A stretch of 64,000 nt of DNA, from assembly GCF_006345805.1 (NCBI RefSeq), contig NC_043025.1, positions 9,300,001-9,364,000 on the forward strand. The letters run 5' to 3'. The DNA comes from Octopus sinensis (taxonomy: Eukaryota). Both the position numbers and the translations under genes were made by a program. Under the pieces are notes generated by a model. That model was not told where the DNA came from. It made no database searches and saw only the letters and a list, made by a program, of their open reading frames with translations. Shown one piece after another: positions 26,976 to 39,600 of the stretch (its first letter is position 1; each line of letters opens with the position of its first letter).

Positions 26976-28283
26976 TAATCGCTATACTATATAATACTGT
27001 AGATTTATATCCCCGCGTTTTGCCAATTAGTTCTCCACACAAATTTAGACAAAGGTGATTACTTAATCTGGGAATCTTCAGAAGGGGTTGTTATAAAATG
27101 TATGATGACGACTCCCTTTAGATGGAGGTCAGCAACTGTCACATCCGGTTTATAGGGTTAGTATGGGTGCAGGGTGGGTGGTGATGTTTGGCAGAAGGGA
27201 TGAGGTTAGGCTGCTAGTTCTGAGTTCATCTGCGGATAGACAGGTGGCGCGTGTAAACATGGGTGCCGTCACCACTGCGCTGATCCCTTAGGCTGGGATT
27301 GGGGAAGTTCTATTCTTTTCAAACATAATACAATCTGTAGGTCCCAATTCAATATTATCATCTTTCACGTGGACATGAAAGAAAAACTTAACTTTTACAG
27401 TTTAGAAAGATGTCAGGGTCAAAACAATTCATGTATATCGTTTGATTCACTGCTAAATGGAGCCTGAACCTCTTCTTACTATTGAAGCATGACTTGCCCC
27501 TCTCCAGGACACCCCAGTTAATGTTCTAATCCAGGGAACATTTCATTAAAGACTATATACGCCTAGACAAAGGCGGCGAGCTGGCAGACACGTTAGCGCG
27601 CCGGGCGAAATGCTTAGCGGTATTTCGTCTGCCGCTACGTTCTGAGTTCAAATTCCGCCGAGATCAGCTTTGCCTTTTATCCTTTCAGTGTCGATTAAAT
27701 AAGTACCAGTTATGCACTGGGGTCGATATAATTGACTTAATCCATTTGTCTGTCCTTGTTTGTCCCCTCTGTGTTTATCCCCTTATGGGCAATAAAGAAA
27801 TATATATATACCCCTAGACAGGATATTTCACTTGTATTCAATATGAAAGAAGGGTTTGCGGTTGTTAAATTTGGTGCTGAAAAGATCTTCTATCATACCC
27901 GCAGATTTCTGCGCGTTTTTACGCCACTGGGGTTTTGACGTCACCTCCTTCTTATATATGACAGCCTCAATGTTGGATTGGCCTTCGAGGTGATGTGTCG
28001 TGTTGCCTCTGGACGTGAACACTGCTTCTGATGCAGGTGTGATCTTACATACTATCTCATTCATACCTAGTGTATATATATATATAGATCGTCAGCCACT
28101 ACACACACATTTTTTGCTCTTCTTGTTTCTCTCCTTGTTTTTTCTGTGTCCCTTTCTGTAGAAGAGCGTAGGCACGAAACGTAAAATGCTTTTTCTATTC
28201 CTGAGCGTTATACTAATACATCTGTTTGTTTTGTACACCACCTGTCTTCGTCTTTTGTTTTTTTCGTAAACTCTCCCTATATA

Positions 28284-28363
<80 letters not shown>

Positions 28364-29910
28364 CATACATACACACATAAATATATATATATATTTAATT
28401 TACACACACCACATATATATATATAGGAAATATTTACATATTTCATGTGATGTTTAGAGGGACTTTTCTCTTTCTGTGTTTTTAATTCTTGTATCTTCTT
28501 TTCTAGACGATATTTTTAATATTTTTATTGCTTTTCAGATCAATAAACAAAACGTGAACGGTGACACACCTCTACTTCTGGCTTGTCACAGGGGTAACAC
28601 AGAAGTCATTCAACAACTTCTCTTGTATAAACCTGATGTTAATCTGGAGAATAAACATAATAACACGCCGCTACACTGGGCCTGCAGTTGGGGATTTAAA
28701 GACATTGTTGAACAACACTTGCTGTTTGATGCCGACGTCAATAAGAAAGATATATATCACTACACCCCTCTACACTGGGCCTATGATAGTGGACATCTTG
28801 AAGTTGTTCAACAGCTCCTATGGTCGAGCAAGTGCTGTTCAAAAACTTCCTTAACTAAAGCTGATGTCAATGCTGTGGATTCAGACGCTGTTACAGCTCT
28901 ACATGTGGCCTGTGGACTTGGATACGAAAATATTATTAAAGAACTTCAAATACCTGAACTTAAAGTCAATGCGAAAGATATTAAATATGGTGACACACCT
29001 TTACACTGGGCCTGTCGCAGTGGACACAAACAAGCTGTTCAACAACTTCTGAAATCTAATCCTGATGTTAATCTAAGGAATATAGAGGGCAACACACCTC
29101 TACACCTGGCAGTTCTAAAGTAGGTTCCCTTGAATCTGGATTATCCAAATCTCTTTTATGTTTTCAAAGTTTTTCATTGATTCACTTTTGTCATTCTCCC
29201 ACCGTGGCTCGTCCGCCGACTTCTCTCTTTCACACTGCAATGACACTGTAATCTACTTCGTTAATTAATCATTACCATATATGCTGTTGTAGGTATCTGA
29301 CTAGATTCTTTACCTTATTTCATCCTCCGTTATCTCGATGTTACAGGTTCAAGTCCTGTCTGTTTTCATTTCACTCCATCGAAACCCCCCTCTTCCCCTC
29401 CCCCTCTTTCTCTTTCTCTCTCTCCCCCTCTCTCTCTCTCTTTTACTGTCCTTCTTTCCTCTGACCCTGGACTAAATACAGGATCGTCTCATTCCAATAT
29501 TTAGGTTTGTTTCTTTAGGATGACAGTTCAAATCCTGCCAGAGAATTTATTGTCACCCTAGGGTCGATACAATGTATTCCAGTAATATCTAGGGGTTCAG
29601 TTTGATTAACTGTTCCCCCTCTCTCCTGTTCTTATGTCTTAATAGTGTTGAACAAAATACCTTGCAGTATCTGAGGCCCTTTATATTCTGGGTTCAAATC
29701 CTGCTGACGTCAACTTGTCCTTTCATTCTTGCGAAGTTGATGAAAAGGCAATACCAGTTATGCTCTGAAGTCCATACAATAACTGTACCCTCTTCTCCAC
29801 CCCTAGATTTCAGACCTTGTACCTATGTAATAGTTGATCATTTGATCATTGTACTGTATATATGTATTTACTCAGGTGTATATATATATATACATATACA
29901 TACATACATA

Positions 29911-29959
<49 letters not shown>

Positions 29960-30204
29960 CAAGCTAAGGTTATAGAAGAAACAAATGCAAGGTCATCCAC
30001 ATAGCATTTCATAACACGAACATTTAAACATCACGGAATGTATATTCTATGATTAAATGTTCGAGTTATGAAATGTTATCTGGATGACCTTGCATTTGTT
30101 TGTTCAATAACCTTAGTTTGATATATTTCTCTCTTTCAATTGAGCACTTCTATAGCAGTCATATTAAACATTTTGTTCCTGATAGGAAACAATCACTGTA
30201 TTAT

Positions 30205-30280
<76 letters not shown>

Positions 30281-30587
30281 AATCTCTGAACGAGGTATAA
30301 ACAATAACTGCACGACAATGTGAGGTATATTTGCCATCTCAATATGGCTAACCACTAAGGGTGGGTGTTACTGTAGCCTGTAGCCCCAGGAGAACATCTC
30401 CTCCAGCTGGCTATAGGCACACTCTCTGTGCCCTATCGGTATTTGCAAAGGGAGGTCATCGTTCCCTCGTCAACCTAAGTGATACGCACGGACTGCAGTT
30501 TCTGGGTCTTCACCCGTCATCAGCGTACGACAATCACCGGTTTATATATGTATACCGCTGTTCAATTGTGGAGAGTATATTAACTGC

Positions 30588-30618
<31 letters not shown>

Positions 30619-33600
30619 TGTATGTATGTATTAATGTATGTATGTATGTATGTATGTATGTATGTATGTATGTATGTATGTATTAATGTATGTATGTATG
30701 TATGTATGATGTATGTATGTATGTATGTATGTATGTATTAATGTATGTATGTATGTATGTATGTATGTATGTATGTATGTATTAATGTATGTATGTATGT
30801 ATGTATGATGTATGTATGTATGTATGTATGTATGTATGTATGCGTTTGTATATATATATATATAATTATTGATGCATTAGGCTTTAGTGATCTAATTACT
30901 TTTGTTTCCATTAATTAATGTCCCAGTAATTTGCAATTTCTATAACTTTCAGACAACACTACGATGTGGTGGCTTTGATGCTGGCCCAGGTTAGTCCACA
31001 TATACATATTATATGCACTATGTAGTATACATTAGTGTTCTAACGTTGAATACTAATAAACCCGGCTGTTTTATGAAACCCTTGTTAATACAGCAACATC
31101 AGGAGGCGCAATGGCCCAGTGGTTAGGGCAGCGGACTCGCGGTCGGAGGATCGCGGTTTCGATTCCCAGACCGGACGTTGTGTGTGTTTATTGAGTGAAA
31201 ACACCTAAAGCTCCACGAGGCTCCGGCAGGGGGTGGTGGCGATCCTTGTTGTACTCTTTCACCACTCTTGCTCCCACTCTTTCTTCTGTTGGCCTGCTCG
31301 CCTAGCCAGCGGGGTGGCGTCATTCGAAGGCTAAAACAGTGCGAACGCATTGTGACCAGCGATGTGTAACAACATCTGATGGTCTGGGGTGGTGGCGACC
31401 CCTGTTGTACTCTTTCGCCCCAACTTTCTCTCGCTCTTTCTTCCTGTTTCTTGTCCCCGACTTCCTACGCAACTGCTGAGCCTGGATGCACATTCATCCA
31501 TCCGTCGATGCTCTCGGTGTCGGGGGTTGACCTGCTTTCTCTTCTGCGGGTCTTACGAATAGCAAAGGTTCACGTTTCGGACTTCTCCCATCTTCTGAGC
31601 TCTGGGACGAAGACCGTTCGCTCAACGGCAACATCAAAAGAATTCGTTAGAAATTATAATTCTTCTTTACTAGACTTAATCTGCTAATCCTGTGTTCGTC
31701 TATTTCAACTCACCTAAAGCTTATTATTGCGAGGTATGAACGTAGATGACAGCTTGATAGACTTATCATGTCTCTAACACACACCCATAGCAAGTTATAG
31801 AGGGACAATATGGAAGGTCCACTTCACTGACAAACATCAAATGTACACAATCAGTTTAATCAAGTCCCCAGTAGAAGACACAAACGATACCTTGATATCT
31901 ACCCCGATTTTTATGCAACTTTACATTCTTTGTTGTTTTTTTATCTCTATAAAGAGTCAAGTGGAATTGGATATCAAGAACTGCAACAAAATGACACCCT
32001 TGCTTCTAGCTGTCTCCGAGGGTCATCTCGGAATGACCCACAAGCTAGTTTTACATAAAGCTGATATAAAGGCGGTTGATGCAGATAATAATAACTGCCT
32101 GCACCTTGCTGTGAAGAAAGGGGTATTTCATTCTGAGGACGAGACCGTAGAGATTTTAGATAAGGTAAGTCTTAAACTCGTTTATAAATATATGAGAGAG
32201 AGACAAACAGACAGACAGACATTGCTTGTCATGTCTCTATTCACATCCATCTCTCTCTCATCTCTTTTTCCCTTCCCCCGCTATTCTCTCTCTCCTCTCT
32301 CCCTCCCTTTAACCTCACCATCAGAACATCACCCCTCTGCTAAGATTATTACTTTACCTCCACCTCCTGTCATGGACGCTTCTCTCTCCCCTTTTTTTCT
32401 CTCTCTCTCCTTTTCTTTCTCCCCCCTTCTGTCTCACTCTCCACCTTATCCTCCTTTTCTCTCTCATTTTTCTTTCTCTTCTCTTTCCCTTTAACTAATC
32501 ACTTGAAAGCGTTACAATTACCTCATGTCATGGACGCTTACCTCTCACTCTTTTTCTATTTCTCCTTTTTTTCTCTCTGTCCCTCCTTTTTCTCTACCTC
32601 CTCCTTTTCTCTCTCTCTCTCTCTCCTTTTTCTTTCTCACTCATTTCTTTCTCCCTCTTCTCCCTCCTCTCCCTCTAATCATGTGAAAGCATATTGTGCT
32701 TTATTATAGTGATACTTGTTCCGCTATATTTCTTATGGTTTGATTTTGATTTTGATTATGTTTTGATGCTTTGATTTTGTTTCATATTGTTTTTTATCGA
32801 ATATTTTGTGATATTTGTGACTGACAAATAGATATTTATTCATTAAATACGTGTAAAGTTGGTGTTAATACGTTTTGTTCTGTTCAATATAATAGCCATA
32901 TATTTAAAGTTTTGGTTTTTTTTTCAGACAAGAAAATAAATTCCGAATGTAGTAAAGCTGTAGGAACAGCAAAGAAAGATTGGTTATTTGCCCTTATAAG
33001 ATGGAACACATTTGCCAGCAGGTGGCAGGGTAAAACACCCAATCTTTCTTTGTAATTGTTAGAGCTTTACTGCATTCGAAATTTAATTTCTTGTGTGTAA
33101 AATACCAAATACGTTCGACATTTCTACAGTTTGTTTATAAAATATTGTCGTATTTAAAATATTGTTTTACTGTAGAAAACAGAGTAAGAACAAATGGAAA
33201 TGACAAATAGACTTAACTTGAGGTGATGTAGGAACTCAATACTGTGTAATGAGTTTAATCACTGGATGTGCAAAGTATGTGTAGATGGAGGCGAATTGTT
33301 GTGTAATTTGGGGCATCAATGATGTGTATTTGAGTAACATTGTACTCATCGTTTTATATTTCATCATTTGTAGTTCTACAATATGCTTAATTTGAGCAAA
33401 AAAGAGAGGCGATCTGGCACAATCGTTGCTATGTATCTAGCCTATTCTGGAGGAAACTTTCACCATAAAAACAAAAGTGATGAGACCCCACTGGATCTCA
33501 TCGAATATCCAGTTTTAAAGCAGAAAATGAAAACGCTTTTCCCATCGCTGTAAGTATTCTCTGACATTGAAAAGATAAACTGGTTCATTTTTATTTTGTA

Positions 33601-36600
33601 TATAATTATGTTTATATGTTTGTTTTGTTTAGGTTTAGTTCTATCAGTACGTTATACTGTGGCTAGCATCTTGACCAAAGGCCATCCAGCAACAGTAAGA
33701 AGAACAATTAACAGAAAATGCTGTTGTTAGGGATCAAAGGACATCTATTTTCATTAACATGATTGGCTGTGTTGATAGCTATATACCTCACTGACTCCCT
33801 CATCTACGTCTCTCACATCCTCATTTTGAAGTTCTGGGACCACCAGGAATATGTAGTACTTAATAATGAAACGAATAAACACATTTTGAAATTGTTACTT
33901 GGAAGTAGCTAGAATTTATCTGTCTACCGACATTTTTTGTGTCTCCTCTGTCCAAATCAGTCACTTTCACATGGACAAGTGGACAAATTGTGAGAAGATG
34001 TAGAGCAATGATTTCTTCAGATACACCAAGAACAGCTACATCATCCATGGCAGATAACAGAGCTTTCTCTATAAACCTGGATTCAGCCATAACTAGAGAC
34101 AGGTTTGGAAGCAGTGTTTTCTGATATGATCCTTCATTGTGTGATCCGGTAAAGATTTTTGCTTTAATATATGTCATTTCGATGCTCAATTCAGAGATCA
34201 TTTATCGAATATCTGCAATTTCCTTATGGATGGGTTGTTTTGTTTGACAGTACTTGTTGGAAAAGACACACAGGTCAGGCAATAAAAGGACCACTTTGGT
34301 AGTTGGACCATTTCCTATATTCCATCCATCATAGAACCATTGTGTACCTTTTGTTGGACTGGGACCATCAGGCGGTTCGTGGTACATTTAAGGCAGATCA
34401 AAGCATGACATTTATTGCATTCAATACATCAATTCTCAAAAGATTTCTCTGGTTTTGTACATATATGTCAGACATGATTCTCAGGGTATTATTCTGTTTT
34501 ATGACTGTGACCTGTTTTGTTACATACTGTTCACTATACAAGGAGCCATGGCAGTTGTATCCTGTCTGTCCAACCATACAATTCAAAATTAAATGTCTAA
34601 ATATAGAGAACTTGTTAAACAGGTTAAGTTTTGTTCAGAAGAAATTAGTTCTCTACTAGAATTGAAAAATATTTCTGGAATGTATGGAGCAATTTTTGTG
34701 ATGTCCCAGAGTCAAGACACATATTTAACATGTATGTGAATGCTACACGAATATATGTAGCAGTCATACCACAAATCTGCATTTATGTAATTATTTAAAG
34801 AAAATACTTTTATGTACTCTTATTGGTCCTTGTAGTGTCTCATGATATTCTGTACTCTAAACATGTACTCAATGCGATATTTGTTATAAACTAATGTTAT
34901 CGGTGGGATGTGTTTATGTCTTGTTCCACAGATGTCTGCTGTGTGAAGTTAACGAACCTACAGTGAAGTTCCAACCATGTGGACACACCGTTACATGCAA
35001 AGATTGCTGTTTAAAAGTTCAGCGTAAAACTTGTCCAAAGTGTCAACAGATTATAGTTGAGAAAAGCGGATTCGGTAAGAATACAATTTGATGATCTGTC
35101 TGTTTGTCTCATTGACATTATGCTGTTGAATAATGTACTTCGTGTTACTATGTAGAGTCACACCTGTCATAAATGTAGCAGATTTATGATAAAAAGTTTT
35201 CCAGGTATCTTTCCTTATTGATACTTTATCAATCACCTCATTCACCAAACTTTGTCTTCATCCAAATACAAGGCTTGCCACTGTCTGCAAGATAAGACTA
35301 ATGAGGGATATTGCAAGTTAAACGGTGACTAATAGACATATTAATAAAACTCCAGAGTTCTTTCAGTAAATATCAAGTTTTTACAGTGTGGAGGTACATG
35401 GCCTAGTGGTTAGAGCAGCGGACTCGCGGTTAAGGGATCGCGCGTTCGAATCTCAGACCGGGCGATGTATGTGTTTATGAGCGAAACATCTAAGCTCTAC
35501 GCGGCTCCGGGAGAAGGGAATGGCGAAACTTCTGCTGGCTCTTTCGCCACAACTTTCTCTCACTCTTTCCTCCTGCATCTTGCAGCTCACCTGCGACGGA
35601 CTGGCGTCTCATCCAGGTGGAATACCTATACGCCAAGGAAACCGGGAAACCGGCCCTTATGAGCCAGACATTGCTCGAGAAGGAACAAACAAAGTTTTTA
35701 CAGTCAATTGTGAGTGACTAGAGGTAATTAGTAATTCATTATTTAACAGAGTGTAGTGGCTACTTTTAAAACGGCACCAATAACAATGAAGTCACAAACT
35801 AATTTGCAGAACAAGATCTCTCAACTGAGGTGGGGAGCAGAATTAAGGGACTGAATAAAAAGTTTTGCCTTAAGAGGGGAAATATGGCTGCTTCTGGTAG
35901 GGAGAGCAGAGAGAGAAAGACAGATAGAGAGTGACGGGGGAGTGATAGAGAGAGGGAGAGAGAGGAGTGATAAAGGGGAGAGAGAGGGATAGAAGAGTGA
36001 TAAAGAGGAGGGAGGGAGCAGTGATAAAGAGGAGTGAGAAAAGATGGGGAAGTATAAAGATGAGTGGAGTGGGGATCGGTGATGGGGTGTGGATGAATTT
36101 AGGAGGTTGCGAAAGGAGTATAATGAGTGGCAGAGGTAGAGGAGGGAAGGGATATTGTAAGGATAGGCTGTGGGGAATAGATTTAATGGGGACATATTGT
36201 GATAAACAGGGCTCACCAAGTAAATCGCCAATTGTCTTGATCCTTTGCCATTTCCTCTGTAAGGATCATTTCTCACCACTTTGCCCTACGCCTTTCCCGG
36301 GTTTCCCTGGTCCTTCCACATTTAGAGATCGGTACTTCTTTATGCGGCCGTCCTCATCCACCCACATCGCATAACCATACCAGTGCACATATCTGCTGCC
36401 GCTTACTCTTTTACTTGTTTCAGCCTTTTGACTGCGGCCATGCTGGAGCACCAACTTTAGTCGAAGAAATCGACCTCAGGACTTATTCTTTGTAAGCCTA
36501 GTACTTATTCTATCAGTCTCTTTTGCCGAACCGCTAAGTTACGGGGACGTAAACACACCAGCATCCGTTGTCAAGCGATGTTGGGGGGAACAAACACAGA

Positions 36601-39600
36601 CACACAAACATACACATACACACATATATATATATACATATATCCGACGGGCTTCTTTCAGTTTCCGTCTACCAAATCCACTCACAAGGCTTTGGTCGGC
36701 CCAAAGCTATAGTAGAAGTCACTTGCCCAAGATGCCACGCAGTGGGACTGAACCCGGAACCATGTGGTTCGTAAGCAAGCTACTTATCACAAAGTCACTC
36801 CTACGCCTATTTTAGCAACTTTTACTAAAATTTCCTAGTAACTAGATTTTCATCCTATTTAAAATCACCTCACTGATGTAAGGGACTTCGAGGGGTGGGA
36901 AATTTTGCTTGATATTTACATGAAATTTGATAGAGATAACCTCTATTCTTGAGTATCAGCTCTTCCGTAAACATTTCAGATATTTTCACTGCAACAATGC
37001 GTGGATGAACAGTTATAAGTGGTTGATGAGGTTTCGTGCATGTGTACTGAAGCGTTTTAAGCCACCCGTCATCATTTTCTGCTCCTAATGTTTAGAATTA
37101 TTAAGGGGGATGAATGATCTCCAAATGTCTTCGAGTATTTCTAGAATCAGAGAACATTCTGGTGAACTGTGATGTGGGGCAATTGAAATTAAAGATTACC
37201 ACCGGCAACATTTGACAAAGAGATCAGGTGTGTGTTTATCCTATATGAAGCAGCGTGCCACCTGTTTGTGGTTAGATCTTTGATGACCAACTTGGTTGAC
37301 ATTGGAATGAAGCAGAAAATGAGAAGAATGTTGGTTAATGAAGTCTAGAGGTGAGAGGACAATCACACATCATAGATTTGGAAAAGATATAACAAAAGAA
37401 AGGCAAAAGCAGGGTTATGAATTGGCGATGATTAAATGAGATGATCTGCATTGTTTGGATTATGAATAATGTCTTCGTAGAGATGAGGTTTAGGAAGGTC
37501 AGTTTATTTTGTGGTGGACGAAATATTCAGCGATCAGAGACTTGGAAATAGCTTGGTACTTCGAGTACGGTCAGTCAAAACCTCAACATACTGGCTGCCA
37601 GGGTTTGTTGGGATAGAATGCACATTATCTCGGGACCTTCCTTTCGATGGTTTTACAGAGTTCTGGCATCCTTCACTGATGCAAGACCCCCCGCCTATTT
37701 TTTCAACTGACTAGCACTGAACAGCAAGACCATTTCGGGATCATCATCTTTCCAACCAGGTTTTATCATTATTTTTCAGCCACATTCAATGGCTGGTCCT
37801 TTCAACTACAATCTGTATCTTCTTCAAGATAGTGTTTGCTTACCTATGTTAGACAACAATTGGTAGCAACCACCATCTCAGTCTGGTCCTCATAAAACCC
37901 TTACAATGAACTCAATCAGGGAATTGTCTACTGCACTCCAGCCAGTAGCTGTACAGTCTTCTATTAGTGTTTTATAACTCTCATCTTTCCCAACCTGGGC
38001 TGCATCTAAATCGCCTTCATGTGGAACAGTTAATTCAACAAGATGTATCAGCTTACATTCCTCACACCATATTGTTATCTCCAGCTTCTCCCTTGTTGCT
38101 ATTCAAAAGAGACATTCGCATCCGACAAGATCTGCTGCTCCCTCCCATTCTCATCCTCATTCACTTTTCACAGTATAGCAAATTATTAACAGAAATAACA
38201 AAATTATACTATAAAGAGAACTATTTACTTCAGGGACTCCAAAATCAGAGAACAAGGAAGTTCAGAAACCAGCACATCCTTCAGAAAGTAAAGTACTGCC
38301 AACTAGTGAGTATAAAATAACAGTACATAATTCATTTCTATAAACTTTACCTTCACCTGAGTTAGTTTGAGAACAGGTTCTGTTCCTAATTTCCTATAGA
38401 ATGGTTAGCTCTGAAATAATTCTATAATTCTATTAAAGGCATTGCTGAAATTTTGTAACATATCCACTGAGTTTAGATAAACAGGTTCTATTCCTAATTT
38501 CCTATAGAATGGTTAACTCTGAAAGAATTCTATTAAAGACATTGCTGAAATTTTGTAACATATCCACTGAGTTTAGATAAACAGGTTCTATTCCTAATTT
38601 CCTATAGAATAGTCAGCTCTGAAAGAATTCTATTAAAGACATTGATGAAATTTAGATAAATTAGTTTAGATAAATTAGTTGCCACAACAGAGTTAATATT
38701 GACTTTTGTTTGTCATTGGAGTTAAGCAGTAAATGAGAAGAATGTTGGTTAGTGAAGTTTAGAGACGAGAGGACGCCATGCCATTGGTTTGGCACATATA
38801 TAAGAAAGGAAAGACAAAAATAGAAAAGCAGTGTTATTAAGTGGTGATAATTAAATGAGATAATTCTTATATTGTAAGATTATGTAGAATATCTTACTAG
38901 AAAGAAGAGATTAAGGAAGGTTACTCTGTTTTGTTGTGATACCAATGTAGAAAGTATAAAAATGTTGACCAAAGCTATAGTGGTCACTAGTTAACCATTG
39001 ATGGTACTATAAATTGCAAAACTTTTAAATATTTATTTCAGAGTGTTCAAAGTTGGAGGCGAAGTGTCTCCAAGTAAGGGTAGAGAAGTCAAAGTGTGAA
39101 TGGCAGGAAGTTGGTGGGTATAAAATGACAGCACCTAATTCACTTCTATAAATTTTACCTTCACCTAAGTGTTTTTTTTTCTTATTTGTCAGATTGACTA
39201 AGATTCCTTTCCTAACTTCTTGAATGATTATCTGTAAATTAATAACGTTAACTAAATCACTGAATTCCTTACAATAACCATTAAGTTAGCAGTGGTAATA
39301 TGGATAAATTAGTTGAGGTAATAGAGTTAAAATTGTCTTTTGGAATAGGGAAGTAAAGCATGTTATTGTTTAGGAGTAAACGTGTGAGTTACTGACCATG
39401 TTTTTTTATATAAAGATTATTAACAGAGATAAAGAAATTTTACTATAAACTGTAAGACTTTTGAATAAACTTTTCAGAAAGTTCAACGCTGGAGGAAAAG
39501 CATCTTCTGAAAGTGGCTGAGAGCTGAGAAGGAAATGGTGGCACGTTGGTGAGTATAAAATAACTGAACCTAATTGCTTTCAGAAAATATTACTCTCGCC

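Noticed and set aside
31102-31180. tRNA genes
   Set aside because: The A/B-box heads continue into SINE bodies and no full cloverleaf is evident.
33860-34387. Antisense ORFs in an intron of gene A, partly shared with gene B (about 53480-53790)
   Set aside because: No recognisable motif, and the frame is not preserved in the paralog; likely old intronic or TE sequence.
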